Shown in pieces: positions 19,953 to 28,222 of a stretch of DNA of 64,000 nt (position 1 is the first letter of the stretch; each line of letters starts with the position of its first letter). Both the position numbers and the translations under genes were made by a program. The notes beneath the pieces are model-generated. The model did no database searches, was not told the origin of the DNA, and worked only from the letters and a program-made list of their open reading frames with translations. The stretch is from an uncultured cyanobacterium (GTDB lineage Bacteria > Cyanobacteriota > Cyanobacteriia > PCC-9006 > JAAUQQ01), in contig OY970368.1 in the NCBI GenBank assembly GCA_963718615.1, positions 5,600,001 through 5,664,000 of the forward strand, read 5' to 3'.

Positions 19953-20289
19953 CTACTTTTCTGGTTAACCCTTTCAGGCACTTAATCACTGCAAGCAAAG
20001 CTTTCCCGCCTGCCTCTGTTCCGTCCCATACATCAATAATAGCGTCTCGCAGTAGGTCATCATATCTATGACTAGCTTTACAATCTGTAACAGACAGCAC
20101 AGCATAGAAATTGCATAGCTTATTGAATGACTGGCTGATGCGCTGACGCTTCCCATCGAATCGTCGCATACGCGAAACAGTTGGCTGACTCACAGAGGCT
20201 AGTCGAGCGATTTCACTTGAGGAGCGGCTATCAGCTCTTAGGCAGGATAGTAGTTGTTGAACCACCAATTGAGTTTGGTCATTTGTCAT
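19918..20289 (-). CDS. Small helix-turn-helix DNA-binding protein
   Basis: SSSEIARLASVSQPTVSRMR HTH signature; overlaps the peptidase start by 35 bp. Confidence 0.75.
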   Translation of the reverse strand: MTNDQTQLVVQQLLSCLRADSRSSSEIARLASVSQPTVSRMRRFDGKRQRISQSFNKLCNFYAVLSVTDCKASHRYDDLLRDAIIDVWDGTEAGGKALLAVIKCLKGLTRKVDDTAGDSRGHI

Positions 20290-20291
20290 GT

Positions 20292-20328
20292 CTATTCATT
20301 ATGTTATTCGATGATTACTAATGAATAG
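20292..20328. promoter_or_regulatory. Perfect 10-bp inverted repeat (candidate operator) in the divergent promoter region
   Basis: CTATTCATTA (20292-20301), 17-bp spacer, TAATGAATAG (20319-20328), inside the 69-bp gap between divergent ATGs. Confidence 0.55.
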
Positions 20329-20358
20329 CATAATGATATAATTCTAGTCACTAGGGAT

Positions 20359-21171
20359 ATGGACACGATCATGAAAAAAATTCCCCCGACATTTTGCTGG
20401 ACTAAAATGGGATCTGAAGCTGGAGAAGAGTTGACGGCAATTATTCGTAGGAAGGAGTGGGAACGCCAATTAGGTGGTGGATACTTCTTTTGGGGAATTG
20501 GTCAGTCTCTCGGTGAAAATGCTAAAGTTGTAGCCCCTAAAATAGCTTCTTTACATGTGATTTTTTCACCAATGCCCAGCAAGCCTAAGCTAATTGATGT
20601 GGCACCGAATGATGTGGCTATATGGAACGCCTGGATTGATGCACAAGGCGTGGTAAGAAGATTGCCACTTCATTGCTTCATCACGAGTCGCGCATCTTTA
20701 CCCTCTGGCAGGAAAAAAGAAAGTCATTATGCTTTGGTGTGTTTCTCCGATCAGGAATTGGATAAACAGAGTAATGAAATCTTTATATTTCCAAACCACC
20801 TTCGCAATGTAGCAACCAATAAACCTCTTGGAGCATCACAGGTGACAGCTGTTGTTCATGCCCCAAATCTGGGAGATAAAACATCTGATGCCAAAAGCTA
20901 TTCTGTTAGTTTTACTGCTGAACTTCGTTTACCCTATTGTGTACAACTAGCTCAGCCATTATTGCTAGATGTGGAGGAACTTATTGAAATTAAGAAAATC
21001 ACAAATTTAGGTGATACTGAATCGTGGAAAGCTCTGGTTACATCTATCCGTTCTCGTATGATAGAAGAAATAAATTGGGTGCAATGCACATTAGATTTTG
21101 TTAATGAAGATGACTCATCGTTCACTGATAGCCTGAGTGTGCTTCATTGCTCTGGATATAGCAATGTATAG
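20359..21171 (+). CDS. Uncharacterised protein (paralog 2 of the family at 17693)
   Basis: WTKMGSEAGEELTAIIRRKEWE..GGYFFWGIGQS, SHYALV, LPYCVQL match the motifs of 17693..18265; about 70 extra C-terminal residues. Confidence 0.8.
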   Translation: MDTIMKKIPPTFCWTKMGSEAGEELTAIIRRKEWERQLGGGYFFWGIGQSLGENAKVVAPKIASLHVIFSPMPSKPKLIDVAPNDVAIWNAWIDAQGVVRRLPLHCFITSRASLPSGRKKESHYALVCFSDQELDKQSNEIFIFPNHLRNVATNKPLGASQVTAVVHAPNLGDKTSDAKSYSVSFTAELRLPYCVQLAQPLLLDVEELIEIKKITNLGDTESWKALVTSIRSRMIEEINWVQCTLDFVNEDDSSFTDSLSVLHCSGYSNV

Positions 21172-21511
21172 AATCTTTCTCAAAGCAAACGTGTCTTTAT
21201 TTTTGAATTTATTAAATGTTAATTAGAGTTTTTCGGAGATCTTAAGTTTCGAAAAAACTCTAGTACTAGATGGCATAAGTTCTTCGACTACTCATCTTTC
21301 TGACGTCTGACCGCATAGGCTGCCAGGCTGTCTACATGAATTGGTCGTCTAGATATTTACGCCAAGCAATACTAGGGAGAGGATTAAATATTGGAGATTT
21401 AGGGGGTAATCGGTGAGATTAAGGCGTAAATAGGCGTGGTGGTGCGGACTGTTGCAATCCAAATTGTAGCGTATCAAAGATTCTTTGTAGTCGCTGACTA
21501 CGAACGTTAAT

Positions 21512-21626
21512 GGTAGTGCTATTTCCGAAAGGCTAGAGAATAAGCAAGTAATCGTAAAAATCTTGCATTACAAGGAATCCTAGGCCTGTGCCTGTTTTTC
21601 TATGGCCCGCCCATAATAGCACTACC
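21512..21626. mobile_element. ~115-bp MITE with terminal inverted repeats, copy 1
   Basis: GGTAGTGCTATT ... AATAGCACTACC; the body (GAAAGGCTAGAGAATAA, CTTGCATTACAAGGAATCCTAGGCC, CCTGTTTTTCTATGG) recurs at 58316-58430. Confidence 0.8.
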
Positions 21627-21628
21627 CA

Positions 21629-21690
21629 GATATTGAGCAGGCTAAAGAACTGTACCAAGAATATAAAAGAAGAAAGAAAAAAGCTGGCGG
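21629..21690 (+). pseudogene. C-terminal remnant of a RelE/HigB-like addiction-module toxin
   Basis: GAT ATT GAG CAG GCT AAA GAA CTG TAC CAA GAA TAT AAA AGA AGA = DIEQAKELYQEYKRRK, a typical toxin C-terminus. It starts immediately after the MITE and precedes the antidote gene. Confidence 0.55.
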
Positions 21691-21743
21691 AGCAGGAATA
21701 AAAAAAGAAGCTGAAAAAAGAAGAGAAAGAAGAGGTAAAGAGC

Positions 21744-22106
21744 ATGGTATTAACAAGAGACTTCAAAGAAACAGTGAATGAACGAATACAACGAAATCCT
21801 GAATTCGCAGCATCTCTTCTGGATGAAGCTATTTCTCTTTTTCTCAAGGGTGAACCAGAAACGGCAAGACTTATTTGGAGAGAACTCGTAAATGCAACTG
21901 TGGGTTTTGAAAAACTAGCAGTCGAAACTGCTAAACCCAGCAAAAGCCTTCACCGGATGTTATCTGCAACAGGCAATCCTACAATGGATACTCTGACTAG
22001 TATTCTTAATGTTCTTCGTAAGACTCCGTATGTAGATATAGGTAGTCCTATTTCGGTAAGGATAGCCACAACCCCTTTCACGCAGAGTTTTCAGCGCTTA
22101 GAGTAA
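21744..22106 (+). CDS. Addiction-module antidote / HTH antitoxin (HigA-like)
   Basis: MVLTRDFKETVNERIQRNPEFA, VNATVGFEKLA, KSLHRMLS..GNPTM. Confidence 0.8.
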   Translation: MVLTRDFKETVNERIQRNPEFAASLLDEAISLFLKGEPETARLIWRELVNATVGFEKLAVETAKPSKSLHRMLSATGNPTMDTLTSILNVLRKTPYVDIGSPISVRIATTPFTQSFQRLE

Positions 22107-22405
22107 ACTTTATAGACCTGAAGTATCCTGGATTTTCTCACGGTTTTACAGCCACAAAGCCAAGATATTCACGAAATAATAGGTGCTCTGGGCCATCTCA
22201 TCGGCAGATACTTACCCTTTTCTACAGAGAAAGAAATTTGTGAAACTGGTGCTGATAGAGAGTTTCAGCCATCCTTACCTTTGGATCACTACCAAGCGTT
22301 GAAGAGGGCTGGGTTAAGGGAAAAGCTGGCATTGTGGTTTTATGCTTCAAAGAGGGCGAGTCGGTATAATTGAAAGTAAGGTCTAGAACCAACCGTTGCG
22401 CTACC

Positions 22406-22618
22406 ATGCAGATCACTCTGAATCTTGATGAGTCTCTTCTCAATGAAGCCCTTGAACTGACTAATCTTTCCACACAAGAAGAGTTGTTAGTCTTAGCTTT
22501 GCGCGAATTGGTGCGATCGCGGCGCAAGAAAAATCTTCTCGACCTCGCGGGAAAAATTCAGTTTACCGAGGATTTTGATCACAAAGACCTGCGTGAGACT
22601 CGTCATGCTGCTGATTGA
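22406..22618 (+). CDS. vapB: Type II antitoxin, VapB family
   Basis: MQITLNLDESLLNEAL...ALRELVR...LLDLAGKIQF; overlaps the vapC start. Confidence 0.85.
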   Translation: MQITLNLDESLLNEALELTNLSTQEELLVLALRELVRSRRKKNLLDLAGKIQFTEDFDHKDLRETRHAAD

Positions 22619-23003
22619 TACCTCGGTTTGGATCAGCGTCTTCCGCGATCGCACAGGTCAAGTCCGCCAAAAACTCGAAACACTGATTGACGATCGTGAC
22701 GTCTTCCTGGCGCGGTTCACTCAGCTTGAATTGCTTCAGGGGAGCTTGAACGAAAAAGAGTGGACGCTTCTTTCTAGCTATCTTAAAACCCAGGACTACG
22801 TGGAACTAACGAATGACTCTTGGCAAGCAGCAGCGCGGATTTTTTATGACTTGCGTCGTCAAGGGCTGACTGTTCGGAGTCCGATTGATTGCTGTATCGC
22901 TCAAGCTGCTTTGGAGAATGATTTACTGTTGATTCACAACGATCGCGATTTTGAGACAATTGCTCAAGCGAGATCGCTACAACACTTCCACTTTCAACCT
23001 TGA
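22605..23003 (+). CDS. vapC: PIN-domain toxin, VapC family
   Basis: LIDTSVWI, ELLQG, DCCIAQAA, HNDRDF. Confidence 0.9.
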   Translation: MLLIDTSVWISVFRDRTGQVRQKLETLIDDRDVFLARFTQLELLQGSLNEKEWTLLSSYLKTQDYVELTNDSWQAAARIFYDLRRQGLTVRSPIDCCIAQAALENDLLLIHNDRDFETIAQARSLQHFHFQP

Positions 23004-23263
23004 AACTTCTGCGAGGTGATCGGTAATTGCAGAACGATGGGACGTGGCGTTGCTGAATACTCAACCAGTCATGGAAGGGCATTGTCCACTGCCTCGGGAG
23101 AATGTCAAACAGCATGTAAATTTCTCGCAAACCTTGCCCCACCGGACAGCCCAACCCGCCAGTATAGAAACAACGACAGAGTCACTCGGTCTGATTTCTC
23201 TTGTTTACCTGATTTCCCGTTCCCTACCGGATTTCAATCCACTTCGTTATTTTTAGGTTGTCC

Positions 23264-23794
23264 ATGCATCCATCTCCCTGGAAACTTCCTCTCTTCCTCG
23301 CAGTCACCAGCATCCTAGCCAGCCTCGGTCAAACCGCCCAAGCCAGCGAACAGCCACTCGCGCAAGTGGTGCGAGGTTGTCAGTTTGGTGATTTTCCCAA
23401 ATACTACTCCCGCGTTACCACCAACCAAGGCGATCCCCTGCGCGTTCGCTCAGCCCCCGCAGGCTCTACCATCGGCTCAATCCCCAATGGCTGGGCCGTA
23501 GTCGTCTTGGAATGGAGCCGCAATGGCGTTTGGGCCAGAATCACCAGTCACTTCGGTAATATTGGCGAATTTGGTTTTGCTAGCGCGCCATCCTTCCGGG
23601 AGGGTTGGGTCTCTGCTGCCTACCTCAAAGACCTGGGGCGGTTTTGCGAAAAACCCACGAGCGCCGCTCAGCTCATCCAGCCAGAATTGTTAGGCACCCA
23701 ACCCATTGAAGTCGAACCCGATTGGCTCGCCCTCGCAGATGCGCTGGCCATCCCCCAGCAAGCCAATGCCAGTCTAGATGCACCAACGCAATGA
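23264..23794 (+). CDS. Secreted SH3b-domain protein
   Basis: Signal peptide (..QTAQA); PLRVRSAP...IGSIPNG..V.V....WARI...EGWVSAAYL. Confidence 0.75.
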   Translation: MHPSPWKLPLFLAVTSILASLGQTAQASEQPLAQVVRGCQFGDFPKYYSRVTTNQGDPLRVRSAPAGSTIGSIPNGWAVVVLEWSRNGVWARITSHFGNIGEFGFASAPSFREGWVSAAYLKDLGRFCEKPTSAAQLIQPELLGTQPIEVEPDWLALADALAIPQQANASLDAPTQ

Positions 23795-26144
23795 CCGCGC
23801 GATGACAGCCAGGATTGACGAAACTCAAGAGGAGCGATTGCAGGCGGTATTGGTTGCGGCGGCGCAGGCACCGGGGAATCGACAGCGGTTTTGGGCTGCG
23901 GGATTGCTGGATGAGGCTGGAAAGCTGGTGGCGGATTGGCAGACAGCCTTTGCGCGACTACGACCTTTGACGAAAGCTGAGTTGCGATCGCAACCCGGCC
24001 AGTTCCTCTCCCAAGCCCAAGACATCGTTTTTCGCGGCAAAACCAGCGGCACCCAGGGCGATGCCTTCACCTATTTTGCCGGAGCCCAGTGGAACCAAAA
24101 ACGCATCGAAGCCCGCCAACGCAGTCTGACTTGGTGGAGAATTGAGCAAACGCCGATGTTGAACTTGGCCAGTCGGCTTGCGCCCGTGCGGCTTCAGGAC
24201 TCCAGCTTGGTGGGACCCGTGGACGAACTGTTTTTGCAAACCTTAGTACAGGTTCTGGATGCTGGACCCGTGGTTTTGCGGGGATATCCCAGTCGCTTGT
24301 GTGAGGTGGTGATCGCCCTCCACCATCACCCCAGCCGACTCAATCCTGAAGCGATTCAAGCGGTGATGACTACTGGGGAATGTTGCTTTGAAGCCCAGCG
24401 ATCGCTCCTCCAAACCACATTTTCCGCGCCGATCATCAATGAATATGGCTGTCAGGAATCGGGACTCTCAGGGCTAAGTTGTCCGGAGGGCGAGCGGCTG
24501 CATTTGGATGGCGATCGCTGTTTCTACGAAGTCATAGATGGCCAACTGCTGACTACAGATCTCTATAACTACACCCTGCCCATGGTCCGCTACAGCAGCG
24601 GCGATGTGTTGGATTTTTACGCGGATCCCTGTCCCTGTGGACGGCCTGGACCGACAGCGCGGGTGCTGGGACGGCAAGAAGAGGAGATTGCGATCGCGGG
24701 TCAGCGGCGATATCCGGGGGAGATCGAACTGCCCCCCTTTGCGGGGATTTTGGCCTATCAAATTCAGCTGGGGGAAAAAGGGATGCGGGTTTGGGTTCAG
24801 CCGGAAACCACGGTGACGCCGGAGCAACTGGCTCAGTTCAAGTCCGGTTGTACAGCGGCATTAGGAGGGTCAAAATCGCCCGCATCATTGCCCGAATCAT
24901 TGCCCGCCATGGCAGCATTGCCCGCCCTAGAGGTTGTGCTGGAGTCTCCAGCGACGGTGTTGGCCCAGGCGCATGGAGGATCTGCTCCCAATTCGGTGCT
25001 CAATGCGGTGAGCAGTACAACTTGGCTTCGACAGGTCACGGAACAGTCTTGGGAACATTGGCTGAATCAGCCCTTGCCCTGGGGAGAGGCCCAGGAGATC
25101 GCGGTTTTATTGCAGGAATTGGTGGCTCCGCGCCAAATCGTGACCCAGGGGTTATCCTCCCAGGTGCGGGCACAGGTCCGGTTCCAGGTCCGAGCGTTAG
25201 CAGCGCCGCTGCACAGCGAAAACTGGGCCTTGGAGGCCCTGAGGCTCAGGGTATTGCTTTGGGCCACGGGGCTGATGGCCGGGGAGGATTGTCAGGATAG
25301 CGCCTTAGAGGCAGAGGCATTATATCGGTTGCTGATGCAGCGTATTGAGGATTTAGCCGAGAATTTAGAGGAGAAACGGTTAGCGGAGCACTCTGCCTTA
25401 GGGTTAGATTTGCTCGCCCCATTACTAACGCTGGAGCGGTCAATGGTGCGATCGCTGTGGCCCAACGTTCGCGATCGCCTCCAGCAGCTCTGGCCCTCAG
25501 GGCTGCGCCCCGATCGGTTGACGATGCATCACTACCTAGCCGTTTTAGATCAAGCCGGTCGAAAAGCACAGCGTCAGCCCCATCCCTGGGTCCCGGCCCT
25601 ACGACCGCTGGCGGCCCTATTGTTGGGGGATTTATCTCGATTTTCGGCACAGTTGAATGGGGCGATCGCCACGGCTTGGATCGAAATGGTGCAGGCTTGT
25701 CCAGGGGAGTTAGTGTGGCAACTGGAAAGCGAGCCGCCGGGAGAACTGGCGTTTTGTCAGGCTTGGTTGGTGCATCGACGGGTGTTGTTGGGGGGAGAGG
25801 CAGAGGAGATCGCGCGATCGCTGGCACAACTCTTTGACCAAGCCCAATCTCCACCGCAGGTCTCCCAGGCTTGGCTAGAAAAAGGCTATGCAACTTTGCT
25901 TCTGGGGGACGCCTTCAATCTGGATGAATGGCTGGAGATTCTACAACCGCAGTTGACGACGAATCCTATGCCCTGGATTCCGCTGCTCAATGCCCTTGCG
26001 CCTCAGCTAGCGGCAGCTGGAAAGCTGGACTGGGCCTATGCCTGTCTGTTTGCGGCGGCTCCGCCCGATCGCCATCGCTCCCAGTTCGATCGCCAAACCC
26101 GAGGCGTTAATCACAAACAGTCGATTATCAAAGGATTACGCTGA
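23778..26144 (+). CDS. Phenylacetate-CoA ligase/CapK-like adenylate-forming enzyme with long C-terminal extension
   Basis: LTKAELR, KTSGTQG, GYPS, TTGE, NEYGCQESG, TDLYNYTLPMVRY..GD, CPCGRP, LGR. About 400 further residues are unassigned. Start may be ATG 23802. Confidence 0.75.
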   Translation: MHQRNDRAMTARIDETQEERLQAVLVAAAQAPGNRQRFWAAGLLDEAGKLVADWQTAFARLRPLTKAELRSQPGQFLSQAQDIVFRGKTSGTQGDAFTYFAGAQWNQKRIEARQRSLTWWRIEQTPMLNLASRLAPVRLQDSSLVGPVDELFLQTLVQVLDAGPVVLRGYPSRLCEVVIALHHHPSRLNPEAIQAVMTTGECCFEAQRSLLQTTFSAPIINEYGCQESGLSGLSCPEGERLHLDGDRCFYEVIDGQLLTTDLYNYTLPMVRYSSGDVLDFYADPCPCGRPGPTARVLGRQEEEIAIAGQRRYPGEIELPPFAGILAYQIQLGEKGMRVWVQPETTVTPEQLAQFKSGCTAALGGSKSPASLPESLPAMAALPALEVVLESPATVLAQAHGGSAPNSVLNAVSSTTWLRQVTEQSWEHWLNQPLPWGEAQEIAVLLQELVAPRQIVTQGLSSQVRAQVRFQVRALAAPLHSENWALEALRLRVLLWATGLMAGEDCQDSALEAEALYRLLMQRIEDLAENLEEKRLAEHSALGLDLLAPLLTLERSMVRSLWPNVRDRLQQLWPSGLRPDRLTMHHYLAVLDQAGRKAQRQPHPWVPALRPLAALLLGDLSRFSAQLNGAIATAWIEMVQACPGELVWQLESEPPGELAFCQAWLVHRRVLLGGEAEEIARSLAQLFDQAQSPPQVSQAWLEKGYATLLLGDAFNLDEWLEILQPQLTTNPMPWIPLLNALAPQLAAAGKLDWAYACLFAAAPPDRHRSQFDRQTRGVNHKQSIIKGLR

Positions 26145-27196
26145 TGGTAACGTTGCCGGTGACGCTGACGGTTACGCCGCCGGATCTGCCCTTGCCCCTG
26201 GAAACGGCGACGGTCCTGTGTCATGCCTTAGAGAGTGAGGTTTTGCAGCGGGCGATCGCCCTCGAAGCGGCCCAAATTCCCATTCGCTGGCAAAGTCTTG
26301 GGCAAAGTCTCGGGTCTAGAACCCTAGCACCGGATCTACAAGCCTTCAGTTGCTCAGCTCCCTTAGCTCCCTTAGACCGCCCAAGCTATACCTGGCCTAA
26401 AGCCCCCACGGTGCTCGCCCTAATTCCCCACTGGCGCTGCGAAGCTTGGCTGCCCCGCTGTCTGGCTTCGTTGCACCAGCAAACCCATCCCTTGACCAAC
26501 ATCGTTGTCATTGATGACGCTTCCGCCCAGCCGCCCCTAGAGATCGTCCAACGGTTTGAGAACGTGACGCTGCTCACCGCCTTGGAACAGGTCGGTCCCT
26601 ATCGGTTGATCCAGTCCGTCATTGACGCTACGGATTATCATGCCTATTTGTTTCAGGACGCGGATGATTGGTCGAGTGGCGATCGCCTTGCCACGCTCCT
26701 ACAAACGGCCCGAACCCACGGCGCTGCACTGGTTGGCAGTCAAGAAATTCGCGTTCTTGAACCTCAACTCCAACTGCAAACCGTAGGCTATCCTCTGGAT
26801 GTGAACTTGGCTCTGGCCCAGGGTCCTGGTCATCCGCTGCTCCATCCTACCAGTTTGGTGACGCGGTGCTTGGTGCAGCAACTGGGTGGTTTTGCCACGG
26901 GGCTGAGATTTGGGGGTGATACGGAGTTTTTGCTGCGGGCACAGTGGCGAGCTCGAATCGTCAACAGTCCGCGCTATTGCTACTTTCGCCGCAAGCGTCC
27001 TGATTCGCTGACGACAGCCGTGGATACGGGGCTGGATTCTCCGGCGAGGCAGGCGTTAACGCAAACCCTGAAGGCGCGGGCGATCGCCAACCACCAGGCG
27101 GCCCAACACCATCACCCCCTCGACCTCTGCCCTCTCAAAACTGCCCCACCCATCTCCCTGCGCCACATCTGGGGACCAACGTTGCGGATGAGATAA
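26144..27196 (+). CDS. Glycosyltransferase family 2
   Basis: LIPHW, VIDDAS, FQDADDWS, GGF..RFGGDTEFL; TGATG overlap with the upstream stop. Confidence 0.85.
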   Translation: MVTLPVTLTVTPPDLPLPLETATVLCHALESEVLQRAIALEAAQIPIRWQSLGQSLGSRTLAPDLQAFSCSAPLAPLDRPSYTWPKAPTVLALIPHWRCEAWLPRCLASLHQQTHPLTNIVVIDDASAQPPLEIVQRFENVTLLTALEQVGPYRLIQSVIDATDYHAYLFQDADDWSSGDRLATLLQTARTHGAALVGSQEIRVLEPQLQLQTVGYPLDVNLALAQGPGHPLLHPTSLVTRCLVQQLGGFATGLRFGGDTEFLLRAQWRARIVNSPRYCYFRRKRPDSLTTAVDTGLDSPARQALTQTLKARAIANHQAAQHHHPLDLCPLKTAPPISLRHIWGPTLRMR

Positions 27197-27247
27197 TCAC
27201 TGAGAAAAGCCACTATCGATCGTCTGATTCATGCCCGCTGAGCGATC

Positions 27248-28222
27248 ATGTTAGATGTCATCATTCCCGTCAAGAATCGCCTCACCCTCAGCCGTTGCGT
27301 AACGACGCTCCTAGAGCAGATTGCCTTAGTCCCAGGATTGCCGTTAGGGCAGATCTTCCTCTGTGATGGCGGCTCAACCGATCGCCTCTGCCAACAACAG
27401 CTTTCCCAGTTGTCTCAGCATCCCAAGGTTCAATGGCTCTCTTGCCCTCATTCCGGCTTCAACAAAAGTTGGCTGATCAATCAAGGGTTGCAAGCTACCA
27501 CCGCCGATCAGATTCTGGTTTCAGATGTGGATATTCTCTGGAATAGTGCTGCGCTCCAAGCGATGGTCACAGTGACGCGATCGCCCCATCAACTCTGCTA
27601 CATCGCCACCGTCGAAGAATCCGAACCCCAAACCGTTGCCCTTCAGCGTCCCCGCTACGCCTACCGACTGACCCAAACGAGTCACGGCGATCAGCTCGAA
27701 CTTTATCTTGTGCCGCCGTCAGATCCATTGCAACCGCTTCGGCGTCCCGGCTATGGGTTGGTTTGTGCCCAGCGATCGCTCTTTCAACGGATCGGTGGTT
27801 ATCGTCACGATTTTCAAGGGTGGGGCTGGGAAGATCAGGATTTGCTCATGCGGGTACAACTCCTGGGATACGAACTCGTCGAAGCAGGTAGCGTGATTCA
27901 CCTTTCCCACGGTGACCATCAGCGCAATCTTAGCGAGGGGGAGCGACCTTCGCCGACGCCCCAGCAGAGTCGCAATCGCAACATCTGCCACTGCCTCGCC
28001 GGACTCGCCCAAGGTCGTCTTCTGGGAGACTGGAAAAATTCCCATTCAGCAGAGCCCCAACCCACCCGTTCCCAATCCACCCGTTGCCTTATAATCCATT
28101 GTCCACCGGAGTTTGCCCATGCGCTTGAGTTTGATTACCCCCTATCGCGATCGCCTGCCCCATCTGATGACGCAACTGACCTGGTGGAGCCAACAAATTC
28201 TTCAGGCTCCGACGCCCCCTGA
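27248..28222 (+). CDS. Glycosyltransferase (GT2 / GT7 C-terminal type)
   Basis: VIIPVKNR, DGGSTD, FNKSWLIN.G, SDVD, GGY..F.GWGWEDQDL..R. Confidence 0.85.
   Translation: MLDVIIPVKNRLTLSRCVTTLLEQIALVPGLPLGQIFLCDGGSTDRLCQQQLSQLSQHPKVQWLSCPHSGFNKSWLINQGLQATTADQILVSDVDILWNSAALQAMVTVTRSPHQLCYIATVEESEPQTVALQRPRYAYRLTQTSHGDQLELYLVPPSDPLQPLRRPGYGLVCAQRSLFQRIGGYRHDFQGWGWEDQDLLMRVQLLGYELVEAGSVIHLSHGDHQRNLSEGERPSPTPQQSRNRNICHCLAGLAQGRLLGDWKNSHSAEPQPTRSQSTRCLIIHCPPEFAHALEFDYPLSRSPAPSDDATDLVEPTNSSGSDAP

Noticed and set aside
21533-21943. 136-aa Phe/Ser-rich minus-strand ORF
   Set aside because: Antisense reading of the A-rich toxin remnant, the antidote gene and the MITE; compositional artefact.
15000-23003. 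Island as prophage or ICE
   Set aside because: No integrase, structural, replication or conjugation genes and no att repeats are visible.
23004-23260. Possible riboswitch (CCACTG..GGGAG, cobalamin-like) upstream of the SH3/ligase operon
   Set aside because: Only a fragmentary match; I could not build the conserved core. An Rfam/Infernal scan would be needed.
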